DNA from: a virus
Lineage: Duplodnaviria; Heunggongvirae; Uroviricota; Caudoviricetes
DNA length: 41,425 nt
Direction: 5' to 3' (one strand)
Virus record (IMG/VR): IMGVR_UViG_2534681699_000016
Position numbers and translations under genes: made by a program. The notes below the pieces were generated by a model. That model made no database searches. It saw only the letters and a program-made list of their open reading frames with translations, and was not told the origin of the DNA. Below, one piece after another: positions 9,982 to 22,701 of the stretch (its first letter is position 1; each line of letters opens with the position of its first letter).

Positions 9982-10977
9982 TTATTTCTTAAGCTTGTAC
10001 TTAATTAATGAAGTTATGCCTTTTATATACTCACCATGGGCAAACAGATGCTTATATTGTTTCTGCATTTCTGCAACAGTCCGCGCCTCTTTAAGAGGAT
10101 ATTTCTTCCAGGGAGATTGTTCACGCGCGATATTAAAGTATGATGCAGACGGATATCCAGCCCAGCTATGCCATGGTTTAGTTATCCCTGTATAGTGAAT
10201 CAATACTGTTTTATCGGTAATGGTTTGCTGAAACTTTCGATGACTACGATCATGAAGTTCATTTTTCAGGGTATAAATAGTATCAAAATCCTTCCCGAGG
10301 TAGATATTATTCATATTAAATGCGATATTCAACGCATCCTGATCTAAATATTTAAGAGAGCCATATTTAGTTTCCCCTCGTAAAAGCTTGAGTAAATACG
10401 GTGTCAAATTTGCTTCATGCCATTTTTTAAGATTGACATAGATAACGCCTGCATTGAAATAACGTCCATTCATTTCGGGAATGTTAAGGCGTTTTGCACA
10501 TGCCGCCTGCGTACTATCATTGTCAGGAATGACCGCAGCAAACTCATCTTTAAATATAATTTCTGTGAGAGGTTTCAGGCTTCCTTTACAAACAACATCG
10601 GCATCCAGATACAGCAGTGTGGAAATACTTTCACTCAGATATTCAAAAGACAATACCCTGAAGTATGTCGCGTACGACCAAAACTGTGACGTCGGCAGAT
10701 CAGCAAAGTATTTGGGGTCAATTAAATATACAATAATTGAGGTATTAAATTGTTTTGCTGTTTCATTAAATGACTTTAAATAATCATCATCCACATAATC
10801 AGTGAAAACATGAAAGACAAAATTAATATCTGAATTATTAATCAAAACGGAAGAAATTGAAACGCCAGCACCATACAAAAAATTCTTATCGATACCGTAG
10901 GAAACATTTAGCTCTGGGGCGTTTTCTTTTTTATTATCTGCTAAATACGAAAACCGTTCTTTTATAAATTCATTCAT
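9982..10977 (-). CDS. waaT: Family-8 LPS alpha-1,2-galactosyltransferase (R1 outer core, WaaT-like)
   Basis: 331-aa ORF with GT8 motifs (NVSYGIDKNFLYGAGVS, YLDADV, FNAGVIY, LIHYTGITKPW); position between waaO and waaY. Confidence 0.75.
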   Translation of the reverse strand: MNEFIKERFSYLADNKKENAPELNVSYGIDKNFLYGAGVSISSVLINNSDINFVFHVFTDYVDDDYLKSFNETAKQFNTSIIVYLIDPKYFADLPTSQFWSYATYFRVLSFEYLSESISTLLYLDADVVCKGSLKPLTEIIFKDEFAAVIPDNDSTQAACAKRLNIPEMNGRYFNAGVIYVNLKKWHEANLTPYLLKLLRGETKYGSLKYLDQDALNIAFNMNNIYLGKDFDTIYTLKNELHDRSHRKFQQTITDKTVLIHYTGITKPWHSWAGYPSASYFNIAREQSPWKKYPLKEARTVAEMQKQYKHLFAHGEYIKGITSLIKYKLKK

Positions 10978-10993
10978 TTAACTTTTCTCAATT

Positions 10994-12010
10994 TCATTTT
11001 ATTATCTTTAAATAAAAATAATAAATATAATTCATTATCCCGTTAATTGGTTTATTTTGTTTAAAATTATGCTTGGCGCAATAACGAGCATAGTTTGAGT
11101 TAACTGGCCGCATTAACGGTTCATTTTTCCAGGGCGATGCCTCTTTGACTTTGATAAAAGGTCGCGCACTTGGATAACCGGCCCAGTAATGCCAGGGTTT
11201 TGTCGGGCCGACATAATGAATTAATACGGTTTCATCATTAATTGGACAAACAAATGATTTTTTTAATTCATAATTTAAACTAAATTGCGTATTGTATTTA
11301 GCATCAATGAATTTAACTTTCCCTGACAGGATAAGATTAAGTATATCTTGATCCATATAGGTTAAACGGGAAACGACGGCTTTATCAGCAAGCATCGACA
11401 TCGCTTTAGCAGAAACGGACTCCTGCGCCCACGCTAGTGTATTAATTAACAGGACACCTGAATTAAAGTAACCCTTTTCAAGTTCATTACACTGCAGACT
11501 TTGACCCCGTAACGACCACCAGTTAGCATCGCGTTCAGTAACAACAGCAGCAATGTTATTGGCAAGATCCATTGTTATCAGCGGCTTTAAGTTTCCCTGA
11601 CAGGCGATATCAGCATCCAGGTAAAGAACCTTATCTTGTTGATCAATAAAGTAATCTGCAATTACAAAACGGAAATACATGGCAATAGACCAATTTTTGG
11701 TCGTCGGTAATGCCTTAAGCCGTTCACAATTTACCAGATGGATCTGGATACAGGTACGATAGCTTTTCGCCAATTGGGCTAAACGCTGGATATCGGCTTC
11801 AGGGATATCATCAATAAAAACGTGGAAAACAAAACTCACGTCGTTGTTATGTAACAAAACTGACGTGATTGAAACACCACAACCAAAAAGAAAGTTTTTA
11901 TCAATGCCATAAGCAACATGGAATGATGATGCCACTGACGCCGCTGGCCTTTCATCGAAGATGATTGTCTTAGTGATCATCTCTTGTGGATTAAAATAGT
12001 GGGCACTCAT
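10994..12010 (-). CDS. waaO: Family-8 LPS alpha-1,3-glucosyltransferase (WaaO/WaaI-like)
   Basis: 338-aa ORF with GT8 motifs (HVAYGIDKNFLFGCGVS, YLDADI, FNSGVLL, LIHYVGPTKPW); immediately downstream of waaP. Confidence 0.8.
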   Translation of the reverse strand: MSAHYFNPQEMITKTIIFDERPAASVASSFHVAYGIDKNFLFGCGVSITSVLLHNNDVSFVFHVFIDDIPEADIQRLAQLAKSYRTCIQIHLVNCERLKALPTTKNWSIAMYFRFVIADYFIDQQDKVLYLDADIACQGNLKPLITMDLANNIAAVVTERDANWWSLRGQSLQCNELEKGYFNSGVLLINTLAWAQESVSAKAMSMLADKAVVSRLTYMDQDILNLILSGKVKFIDAKYNTQFSLNYELKKSFVCPINDETVLIHYVGPTKPWHYWAGYPSARPFIKVKEASPWKNEPLMRPVNSNYARYCAKHNFKQNKPINGIMNYIYYFYLKIIK

Positions 12011-12025
12011 ATTTCTCTCCGGAAA

Positions 12026-12823
12026 TTACAACGATTTTCGAATCGTTCTTTCCCTGATTTTTGTGGCTTTTGCTTCTGCTTGCGACAGCAGTCCTTGTTC
12101 CTGCTTGAGAATGTCTTTAAGCGGGGCGGCAAAATACACTTTCATAAACCGCCAGATATCCCGCTGAGTCAGGTCGATATTCATCGAAGAAAAATAAAGC
12201 CCAATAAGATCTTTATCCCGCCAACGACGTGGAACGCGCGTGCGAAGCTGCGCCCGGTGCAGGTCAATTACCGAAATTTTTAACTCCTCTTCCTTACCGG
12301 AAAAAGGCAAGTGCAGCAGGAAATGACAGATATAACAGTCACGGTGGTTAATGCCCGCAGCATGCATATCGCGCACCATCGTCGCGACACGCTTAATAAG
12401 CATACGCTTTACGCGAACATCTGGAGGGTTAGTCGCCCAGTCAGCACAGTAATCTTCCAGACTTATGGTTGGTGTCAGATCTTCGGTAATAATAAATGAA
12501 GTTCTGGTCAGCGGATTCATGCCTTTTTCGCCAAATGCCACCCCATACATAGTATCAACGCCGACATCCCGCAGTCGATGAATCGCATTCCATTCGCGGT
12601 CAGCGCCTAATACTGGCATCCGCAATGAGAGTAAATTTTTGATTATCTCTTTCAGGGTCGTGCCGCGATGCCATTTGAGAAAATAGCTTTTGCCCGCCAT
12701 TTCAAAGCGCAGAGTACGGCGAGTTTCCAGTTCACGAAATACCTCACCCTGCAAGGTTTTAACTTCCTCAAAAGGATCTTTGCCGCGCCATAACGTGGCA
12801 AACGGCTCTTTAAGTTCAACCAT
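12026..12823 (-). CDS. waaP: LPS core heptose I kinase
   Basis: Recognised WaaP sequence ([20 protein letters not shown]..., kinase motif [11 protein letters not shown]); ATG at 12823 chosen over the GTG at 12832 used by the ORF track; overlaps the waaG stop by 8 nt. Confidence 0.9.
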   Translation of the reverse strand: MVELKEPFATLWRGKDPFEEVKTLQGEVFRELETRRTLRFEMAGKSYFLKWHRGTTLKEIIKNLLSLRMPVLGADREWNAIHRLRDVGVDTMYGVAFGEKGMNPLTRTSFIITEDLTPTISLEDYCADWATNPPDVRVKRMLIKRVATMVRDMHAAGINHRDCYICHFLLHLPFSGKEEELKISVIDLHRAQLRTRVPRRWRDKDLIGLYFSSMNIDLTQRDIWRFMKVYFAAPLKDILKQEQGLLSQAEAKATKIRERTIRKSL

Positions 12824-13940
12824 CCAGACCACCCGTTATGATATCCGCCGCTTTCTCTGGCAGACTGTATAAATCTTGTGTATCAGCATAATGTCGCGCA
12901 TTTTCCGCCCAGGCCTGGCGCAATGAAGATTGCGTTAACGCTTTGCGTAAAATCTCATTCAATGTTTCCTGGCGGAATGGCTCAACAATAGCCTCGCCGC
13001 AATTGGCCTCGACAATATAATGCGCATAGCCACAAACGGCTGTTGTTAGTACCGGTAATCCTGCAGTAATCGCTTCCAGCAGCACAATTCCCGCCGCTTC
13101 CTGGTAGGCAGGATGCAGTAATAAATCCGCCGCCGCCATTAATTCCGAGACATCGTTGCGCCCCGAGAAGAAGTGAACATTACTGCGCACGCCGCGTTTT
13201 TCTGCCAGTGCCTCAAATTTTCGCGGTTTATCCTGCCCAACAACATATAGCAATGTGTTGTGGCGCAGCGAATCCGGTAACGAAGCAAGTGCTTCAATGG
13301 AACGATCGACACCTTTACGCGTGAAGTCTGAACCGACCTGCAACAATAAATATTGTTGTTCGGTTATTCCATTCTTCTTACGGAAGATTTCACGGCTATT
13401 GGCTGGCTGCTGGCTATATTTACGATCAGGATAAATCCCCGGTGGCAGAATATGAAAACGCTCCGCTTCAGTCTGATAATGTTTCTGGAAATCGGCGATT
13501 TGCTTATCTGTCAGCATCAGCAGCTGTGTCGGCTTACCCTGTTCGAAGGTTGCCCGCTCAAAGGCGGCATAATGGCGATAACGTGACGTCAGGCGATAGA
13601 AAAAGCCTTTCTCCTGCGCTACTTTCTCGGCATAACAAACATCAGCGGCATAATAAACGTCCAGCCCCGGCATTTTGTTGAATCCAACGACTTTATCGAC
13701 GGGATGTTCGCGTAAATGTTTTTGCACCCAGGCAAAATACTCCGCATTGCGCCCGTGATTGGTATGCGATTTAACCGGTACTTTGATCAGTTCAAATACA
13801 TCAGGGCATTCGCCTTCCCACGACTGGGTATAAACCCGAACATGATGACCTCGGGCGGCGACTGTCTGAGCAATACGCATAAAATCGCGCTGCAAACCGC
13901 CAAAGGGAAAATATTTATATAAACAAAAAGCAACGATCAT
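12816..13940 (-). CDS. waaG: LPS glucosyltransferase I (GT4)
   Basis: 374-aa ORF recognised as WaaG; start ATG overlaps the waaQ stop (ATGA). Confidence 0.93.
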   Translation of the reverse strand: MIVAFCLYKYFPFGGLQRDFMRIAQTVAARGHHVRVYTQSWEGECPDVFELIKVPVKSHTNHGRNAEYFAWVQKHLREHPVDKVVGFNKMPGLDVYYAADVCYAEKVAQEKGFFYRLTSRYRHYAAFERATFEQGKPTQLLMLTDKQIADFQKHYQTEAERFHILPPGIYPDRKYSQQPANSREIFRKKNGITEQQYLLLQVGSDFTRKGVDRSIEALASLPDSLRHNTLLYVVGQDKPRKFEALAEKRGVRSNVHFFSGRNDVSELMAAADLLLHPAYQEAAGIVLLEAITAGLPVLTTAVCGYAHYIVEANCGEAIVEPFRQETLNEILRKALTQSSLRQAWAENARHYADTQDLYSLPEKAADIITGGLDG

Positions 13941-14995
13941 AACGACGTACCTGTCGTGGAGGAGGGCAGTAATTTATCGACAGCAGCAATGACATCTGCC
14001 GCCGGAATAACCGAAAGATACATCTCATTTCGGTCACGCTGATCGCGCGTTGGCATTTCCCGGTAATCTCCCGCCCAGAATTGAATCATGTTATTTGACC
14101 AGGGACGCCAGAAAATATGGTCTGTCGCACCAAACAGCGATATCAGCGGCGTATTAACTGCTGCGGCAATATGCGCCGGTGCGGAATCAACGCCAATAAA
14201 TAGCTGCGCATGATCGATTAACGCACCAAGTTCCGGGAAGGTCACCTTTCCAGCCAGCGCCGTTACTGGTGGCGTCTGGCATCCCTGCGCAATTTCATTG
14301 ACGCAGGCCAGATCGTCTTTATCTGGGCCGGACGTCAGAACGACTTCATAACCACGAGCATGTAAGGCATCAATCACAGCGGAAAACTTGGCGTTGTCCC
14401 AGCATTTGAAGATTTGCCGCGCCGTAGGTTGGATAACCACATAATTTTGTCCAACACCAGCGTGATCAAGTTCGCGACGCATACGTTTCCAGCTTGCAGG
14501 CGGGTAACTCATGGTTGTCTGCTTCACCAACGAATCAAGTCCCAATGGTGTCAGCACGGATAAGTTACTTTCCACCACATTTCCACCCTGCAACGGCACC
14601 AAATGGGTGAAACTTTTACGCCAAAAAGCAGACTGCCGATGATGATAATCCTGGGAAATTTTCACACGGGCATTTAATAAGCGAACCAGTATAGCAACCA
14701 TCCATTGATCGGTAAGATTGACGATAAGGTCATACTTATTGGCACGTAATACCTTGATGAGATGAAAAAAGTTGGCAATTTTTTCTGAGGCTTTTGCTTT
14801 TTTATTTTTTATGCCGTAGAGCGCGTTAATCTCTGGATTTTCAGACAGGATCGGGATGGTGTCCTGATAAAGCAGCACATCGATTTTTGCGTCAGGGGAA
14901 TTTTTTTTCAGCGAACTAATGACGGGAGTAGTTAATAACATATCCCCATGAAAACGCATCTTAATGAGCAAAATTCTTCGAAATGGCTTATCCAC
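13937..14995 (-). CDS. waaQ: LPS heptosyltransferase III
   Basis: GT9 family ORF, first gene of the long waaQ operon. The ORF-track start at 14993..14995 is a GTG; true start may be this GTG or a downstream in-frame codon (e.g. ATG near 14959), so the 5' end is uncertain. Confidence 0.85.
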   Translation of the reverse strand: MDKPFRRILLIKMRFHGDMLLTTPVISSLKKNSPDAKIDVLLYQDTIPILSENPEINALYGIKNKKAKASEKIANFFHLIKVLRANKYDLIVNLTDQWMVAILVRLLNARVKISQDYHHRQSAFWRKSFTHLVPLQGGNVVESNLSVLTPLGLDSLVKQTTMSYPPASWKRMRRELDHAGVGQNYVVIQPTARQIFKCWDNAKFSAVIDALHARGYEVVLTSGPDKDDLACVNEIAQGCQTPPVTALAGKVTFPELGALIDHAQLFIGVDSAPAHIAAAVNTPLISLFGATDHIFWRPWSNNMIQFWAGDYREMPTRDQRDRNEMYLSVIPAADVIAAVDKLLPSSTTGTSL

Positions 14996-15044
14996 AAGTA
15001 ACTCTTTTTGTTGAGATTATCCGATTAAGGTGAAGCAGAAAAAG

Positions 15045-15056
15045 CACGCTACCGCC
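15045..15056 (-). promoter_or_regulatory. ops element (RfaH-dependent antitermination signal) within JUMPstart region of the waaQ operon leader
   Basis: Plus-strand cacgctaccgcc is the reverse complement of GGCGGTAGCGTG, the ops consensus, lying 50..61 nt upstream of the waaQ start on the transcribed strand. Confidence 0.8.
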
Positions 15057-15407
15057 CCAGGCTCAACAGCTACCTGAATACTGATACCGCACTGATATTG
15101 ACGCGCTAGTGTATCACTTCTTTCGCGGCAATCCGACCCGAATGATTTTTAAGCACATTGTTGATTTTCAATAAAGAAATCAATCAAATAAAATCATTAG
15201 CAACCATATTCTTTCACTGTTGCTCTGCGATTCCTTCCTGCACGTACAGCAGAAATCAATGAATCGCATAAAAATACAAAAAAAGTATAGATGTTCAGCA
15301 AGAATTGGCGGGTAAATTGCTATTTAAGTCAAAAACGGGAAAAGTAATGGTAAAGCCACAGCTAAATACATAGAATCCCCAGCACATCCATAAGTCAGCT
15401 ATTTACT

Positions 15408-17172
<1,765 letters not shown>

Positions 17173-17179
17173 CGTTTAT

Positions 17180-17201
17180 GCCGGATGGTATGCCATCCGG
17201 C
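17180..17201. repeat. REP-like GC-rich palindrome between convergent coaD and mutM
   Basis: gccggatgg ... ccatccggc inverted repeat with 3-nt loop; contains the GCCGGATG core typical of REP elements; no flanking U-run on either strand. Confidence 0.45.
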
Positions 17202-17210
17202 GCGCATGAA

Positions 17211-18020
17211 TTACTTCTGGCACTGCCGACAATAAAACGTTGCCCGCTGCGCATGTTTAGTCGCCACAATCGGCGTACCGCACACCCGACACGGCTCGCC
17301 TTTTCGCCCGTAAACCTGCAATTCCTGCGCGAAATAGCCCGGTTTACCATCACTTTGCAGAAAATCTTTCAGCGTTGTACCACCCTGCTCAATCGAACGC
17401 AGCAACACCGCTTTAATCACCCGAGCTAACAATTCACACTCTGCCAGCGACAGTGATGACGCCAGCCGATCCGGATGGATCCCCGCCGCAAACAGTGATT
17501 CGCTGGCATAGATATTCCCTACCCCTACCACCAGCTTGTTATCCATCAGCCACGGTTTAATCGCCGTTTTTTTCTTCGCGCACTTCTGATGCAGATACTC
17601 ACCATTGAAATCGTCGCTAAGCGGCTCCGGTCCAAGATGAGCCAGCACGTTGTGCCCTTCCAGCTCTTTGGTCCACAGCCAGGCACCAAAGCGGCGCGGA
17701 TCGGTGTAGCGCAGCACTTTACCGTTGCTCATCACCAAATCCACATGGTCATGCTTTTCAGGGGGAAGTTCTTCTGGAAGGATGCGCAGGCTGCCAGACA
17801 TCCCCAAATGAATGATAATCCAGCCCTCAGGCAGCTCCAGCAGCAGATATTTAGCCCGCCGCTGCACGCTAAGCACTGGTTGGTCGCTTAAACGGTAGAT
17901 CTCTTCTGAAACCGGCCAGCGCAAGCGTCCGTTGCGCACCACCGCATGAAGAATGGTTGCACCAACGAGATGCGGTTCTATGCCGCGACGGCTGGTTTCA
18001 ACTTCGGGTAATTCAGGCAT
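17211..18020 (-). CDS. mutM: Formamidopyrimidine-DNA glycosylase (Fpg)
   Basis: 269-aa product beginning [20 protein letters not shown] (catalytic N-terminal Pro after Met) with C-terminal zinc finger [25 protein letters not shown]; trimmed from the TTG start at 18047. Confidence 0.95.
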
Positions 18021-18071
18021 AGCATCTCCAGGAATGAACAGATGCAATCAATATGGGGGCAAGCAGATAAC

Positions 18072-18100
18072 AAAAAACCCCGCCGGAGCGAGGTTTTTTG
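18072..18100 (-). terminator. Intrinsic terminator downstream of rpmG (between rpmG and mutM)
   Basis: On the minus strand: stem CCUCGC / GCGGGG (one G.U pair), 4-nt loop, followed by UUUUUU; plus strand shows caaaaaacccc gccggagcgagg ttttttg. Confidence 0.6.
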
Positions 18101-18117
18101 TTACATCAAAGCGAGAA

Positions 18118-18288
<171 letters not shown>

Positions 18289-18305
18289 TTATTTCCTCTA
18301 AGTAC

Positions 18306-18563
<258 letters not shown>

Positions 18564-18758
18564 TTAGCTCGAGCTTCGTATGGGGTATTGGCGCCTCGTC
18601 AGGCTTTACAGCCCGGTCATCGCAGTTCTATGTGAACTCTCGATTGCCAGGCCCAAATGCCAAACCCGAGATTCTCAAAGGTGGCGTAGTATACGCTGAC
18701 TCAGCGATGTGCTCAAGTCCCGAACAGACAAAGATCCCGAAGGATCGCGCATAGCGGG

Positions 18759-19427
18759 TTAAATCCAGCCGCGTTCGGCAAAAGAAACATACTCTCCACG
18801 CCCAATCACGATATGGTCGAGCACGCGTAAATCCATGAACTGACAACTCTTTATTATCCGTTCAGTAATGAGTTTATCCGCTTTACTGGGTTCAGCACAA
18901 CCCGAAGGGTGATTATGTGCAAGGATCAGCGCCGAGGCGTTTATTTTTATCGCTTCGCGGATAATTTCCCGAGGATGGACTTCAACATGGTTTAGCGTGC
19001 CGGAAAAAAGACGGCTATGCGTTATAACCCGGTGTTGTGAGTCGAGAAAGATCACCATAAAGATCTCCCGCTCCTCACCCGTGAGCTGGCTTTGTAAAAA
19101 TTCCCGCGTCATCTCCGGGCTGAGTAAAGGGCTTTCTTCACGCATCCGCACGTTGTAGTAACGCCGCGCCAGTTCAGCAATCCCCTTTAACTGGGCAAAT
19201 TTCGCTACGCCAATTCCATGAACGCCACTAAATTGTTCATATTCAGAGGTTAACAAGCCATAAAGAGAGCCGAAATTCTCCAGCATCTCTTTTGCCAGGG
19301 TTAATACATCTTTACCGCGCGTTCCGGTACGCAGAAATAACGCCAGCAGCTCGACATCCGTTAAGGCGCTAATACCAAACTTCAGCATTTTTTCGCGCGG
19401 CATCAACAGCTGTGCATTGTTTTTCAC
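18759..19427 (-). CDS. yicR: UPF0758 / RadC-like JAB-domain protein
   Basis: JAB/MPN metalloprotease-like motif HNHPSG; start placed at the GTG 5 nt after an AAGGAGG Shine-Dalgarno (giving MKNNAQLL...); the ORF-track start at 19433 is too close to the SD. Confidence 0.85.
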
Positions 19428-19598
19428 CTTCACCTCCTTTGTGGTGCTCGCATCCTGTCATAGCCGTTCCGTTAAATCGACGGCCAGTTTTCAATCCTGG
19501 AAAGCGCCTCGCAAAGTGAATCTCAGGTGAAGGCACGACAACAAAAGTATTGTGATAAAATCGCCAACTTCTGGTGTCACCCTACAGGAAAAATCAAC

Positions 19599-20819
19599 AT
19601 GAGCCTGGCCGGTAAAAAAATCGTTCTCGGCGTTAGCGGCGGTATTGCTGCCTATAAAACCCCTGAACTGGTGCGTCGTTTGCGCGATCGCGGGGCCGAC
19701 GTCCGCGTAGCCATGACCGAAGCGGCAAAAGCCTTTATCACCCCACTTAGCTTGCAGGCGGTTTCTGGTTATCCCGTTTCCGACAGTTTGCTGGACCCGG
19801 CAGCCGAAGCCGCTATGGGCCATATTGAGCTGGGTAAATGGGCTGATTTAGTGATTCTCGCCCCTGCCACGGCAGATTTGATTGCCCGTGTTGCTGCCGG
19901 AATGGCGAATGACCTGGTATCGACGATTTGTCTGGCTACACCTGCGCCTGTAGCCGTGCTCCCCGCCATGAACCAGCAGATGTACCGTGCCGCTGCCACG
20001 CAGCATAATTTAGAGGTGCTTGCTTCCCGTGGTTTGCTCATCTGGGGGCCAGACAGTGGCAGTCAGGCTTGTGGTGATATCGGTCCTGGGCGAATGCTCG
20101 ATCCGTTAACCATTGTGGATATGGCGGTGGCGCATTTTTCGCCCGTCAACGACCTGAAACATCTGAACATTATGATTACCGCCGGTCCGACGCGTGAACC
20201 GCTCGATCCGGTGCGTTATATCTCTAATCACAGCTCCGGCAAGATGGGTTTTGCTATCGCCGCCGCCGCTGCCCGTCGTGGCGCGAACGTCACGCTGGTA
20301 TCAGGTCCAGTTTCACTACCGACGCCACCGTTTGTTAAACGTGTTGATGTGATGACCGCGCTGGAAATGGAAGCCGCCGTGAATGCTTCTGTACAGCAGC
20401 AAAATATTTTTATCGGTTGCGCCGCCGTGGCGGATTATCGCGCAGCTACCGTGGCCCCAGAAAAAATCAAAAAGCAGGCCACGCAGGGTGATGAATTAAC
20501 AATAAAAATGGTTAAAAACCCCGATATCGTCGCAGGCGTTGCCGCACTAAAAGACCATCGACCCTACGTCGTTGGATTTGCCGCCGAAACAAATAATGTG
20601 GAAGAATACGCCCGGCAAAAACGTATCCGTAAAAACCTTGATCTGATCTGCGCGAACGATGTTTCCCAGCCAACTCAAGGATTTAACAGCGACAACAACG
20701 CATTACACCTTTTCTGGCAGGACGGAGATAAAGTCTTACCGCTTGAGCGCAAAGAGCTCCTTGGCCAATTATTACTCGACGAGATCGTAACCCGTTATGA
20801 TGAAAAAAATCGACGTTAA
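19599..20819 (+). CDS. coaBC: Bifunctional phosphopantothenoylcysteine decarboxylase / phosphopantothenate-cysteine ligase
   Basis: 406-aa product beginning [20 protein letters not shown] (flavoprotein N-domain) then the CoaB domain; trimmed from the ORF-track start at 19527; overlaps the dut start. Confidence 0.93.
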   Translation: MSLAGKKIVLGVSGGIAAYKTPELVRRLRDRGADVRVAMTEAAKAFITPLSLQAVSGYPVSDSLLDPAAEAAMGHIELGKWADLVILAPATADLIARVAAGMANDLVSTICLATPAPVAVLPAMNQQMYRAAATQHNLEVLASRGLLIWGPDSGSQACGDIGPGRMLDPLTIVDMAVAHFSPVNDLKHLNIMITAGPTREPLDPVRYISNHSSGKMGFAIAAAAARRGANVTLVSGPVSLPTPPFVKRVDVMTALEMEAAVNASVQQQNIFIGCAAVADYRAATVAPEKIKKQATQGDELTIKMVKNPDIVAGVAALKDHRPYVVGFAAETNNVEEYARQKRIRKNLDLICANDVSQPTQGFNSDNNALHLFWQDGDKVLPLERKELLGQLLLDEIVTRYDEKNRR

Positions 20820-21255
20820 GATTCTGGACCCGCGCGTTGGGAAGGTATTTCCGCTCCCGACTTATGCCACCTCTGGCTCTGCCGGACTTGACCTGCGTGC
20901 CTGTCTCGACGACGCCGTAGAACTGGCTCCGGGTGACACTACGCTGGTTCCGACCGGGCTGGCGATTCATATTGCCGATCCTTCACTGGCGGCAATGATG
21001 CTGCCGCGCTCCGGATTGGGACATAATCACGGTATCGTGCTTGGTAACCTGGTAGGATTGATCGATTCTGACTATCAGGGCCAGTTGATGATTTCCGTTT
21101 GGAACCGTGGTCAGGACAGCTTCACCATTCAACCTGGCGAACGCATCGCCCAGATGATTTTTGTTCCGGTAGTACAGGCTGAATTTAATCTGGTGGAAGA
21201 TTTCGACGCCACCGACCGCGGTGAAGGCGGCTTTGGTCACTCTGGTCGTCAGTAA
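20797..21255 (+). CDS. dut: dUTP diphosphatase
   Basis: 152-aa [18 protein letters not shown]... recognised as Dut; start overlaps the coaBC 3' end by 23 nt. Confidence 0.95.
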   Translation: MMKKIDVKILDPRVGKVFPLPTYATSGSAGLDLRACLDDAVELAPGDTTLVPTGLAIHIADPSLAAMMLPRSGLGHNHGIVLGNLVGLIDSDYQGQLMISVWNRGQDSFTIQPGERIAQMIFVPVVQAEFNLVEDFDATDRGEGGFGHSGRQ

Positions 21256-21361
21256 CACATACGCATCCGAATAACGTCATAACATAGCCGCAAACATTTC
21301 GTTTGCGGTCATAGCGTGGGTGCCGCCTGGCAAGTGCTTATTTTCAGGGGTATTTTGTAAC

Positions 21362-21958
21362 ATGGCAGAAAAACAAACTGCGAAAAGGAACCGTCGCGAG
21401 GAAATACTTCAGTCTCTGGCGCTGATGCTGGAATCCAGCGATGGAAGCCAACGTATCACGACGGCAAAACTGGCCGCCTCTGTCGGCGTTTCCGAAGCGG
21501 CACTGTATCGCCACTTCCCCAGTAAGACCCGCATGTTCGATAGCCTGATTGAGTTTATCGAAGATAGCCTGATTACTCGCATCAACCTGATTCTGAAAGA
21601 TGAGAAAGACACCACAGCGCGCCTGCGTCTGATTGTGTTGCTGCTTCTCGGTTTTGGTGAGCGTAATCCTGGCCTGACCCGCATCCTCACTGGTCATGCG
21701 CTGATGTTTGAACAGGATCGCCTGCAAGGGCGTATCAACCAGCTGTTCGAGCGTATTGAAGCGCAGCTGCGTCAGGTATTGCGTGAAAAGAGAATGCGTG
21801 AGGGTGAAGGTTACACCACCGATGAAACCCTGCTGGCAAGCCAGATCCTGGCCTTCTGTGAAGGTATGCTGTCACGTTTTGTCCGCAGCGAATTTAAATA
21901 CCGCCCGACGGATGATTTTGACGCCCGCTGGCCGCTAATTGCCGCGCAGTTGCAGTAA
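21362..21958 (+). CDS. slmA: Nucleoid occlusion factor SlmA (TetR-family DNA-binding protein)
   Basis: 198-aa product [24 protein letters not shown]... with TetR-type HTH ([20 protein letters not shown]); trimmed from 21320. Confidence 0.93.
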
Positions 21959-21963
21959 TATGA

Positions 21964-21990
21964 CGCCGGATGACTTTTCATCCGGCGAGT
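21964..21990 (+). terminator. Putative terminator / REP-like hairpin after slmA, between convergent slmA and pyrE
   Basis: 10-bp stem cgccggatga / tcatccggcg with 4-nt loop, followed on the plus strand by agtttcttt. Confidence 0.5.
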
Positions 21991-21994
21991 TTCT

Positions 21995-22636
21995 TTAAAC
22001 GCCAAACTCTTCGCGATAGGCCTTAACCGCCGCCAGATGTTCCGCCATTTCCGGCTTCTCTTCCAGATAGGCAATCAGATCTTTCAGGGTGATGATAGAG
22101 ATCACTTTGCAGTTGTAATCACGCTCAACTTCCTGAATCGCCGAAATCTCGCCGCGCCCCCGTTCCTGACGATCAAGCGAAATCAATACGCCAGCAAGCG
22201 TCGCGCCATTAGCCTGAATAATCTCCATCGATTCGCGAATCGCCGTTCCGGCGGGGATCACATCATCTACCAGCATTACGCGTCCTTGTAACGCGCTACC
22301 AACCAGATTGCCGCCTTCACCGTGGTCTTTTGCCTCTTTGCGGTTAAAGCAGTACGGCAGGTCAAGGTCATGATGCTCCGCCAGCGCCACGGCGGTAGTG
22401 GTCGCAATCGGGATCCCTTTGTAAGCAGGGCCAAACAGCAGATCGAACTCAATGCCAGAATCCACCAATGCTTCAGCGTAAAAACGGCCTAACAGTGCCA
22501 GGTCGCGCCCGGTATTAAACAGCCCGGCGTTGAAGAAATAGGGGCTTTTGCGCCCGGATTTCAGCGTAAACTCGCCAAACTTTAACACCTGCTTGCTAAG
22601 CGCAAATTCAATAAACTGGCGCTGATATGGTTTCAT
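21995..22636 (-). CDS. pyrE: Orotate phosphoribosyltransferase
   Basis: 213-aa product [23 protein letters not shown]... with PRPP-binding motif [14 protein letters not shown]; trimmed from 22651. Confidence 0.95.
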   Translation of the reverse strand: MKPYQRQFIEFALSKQVLKFGEFTLKSGRKSPYFFNAGLFNTGRDLALLGRFYAEALVDSGIEFDLLFGPAYKGIPIATTTAVALAEHHDLDLPYCFNRKEAKDHGEGGNLVGSALQGRVMLVDDVIPAGTAIRESMEIIQANGATLAGVLISLDRQERGRGEISAIQEVERDYNCKVISIITLKDLIAYLEEKPEMAEHLAAVKAYREEFGV

Positions 22637-22668
22637 GCCTTCGCTCCTCATCTTACTTTTCTACAGAC

Positions 22669-22694
22669 AAAAAAAAGGCGACTCATCAGTCGCC
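22669..22694 (-). promoter_or_regulatory. pyrE attenuator (intrinsic terminator in the rph-pyrE intercistronic leader)
   Basis: Minus-strand RNA GGCGACUGAUGAGUCGCC followed by eight U residues, located 8..33 nt downstream of the rph stop and upstream of pyrE. Confidence 0.85.
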
Positions 22695-22701
22695 TTAAAA
22701 A

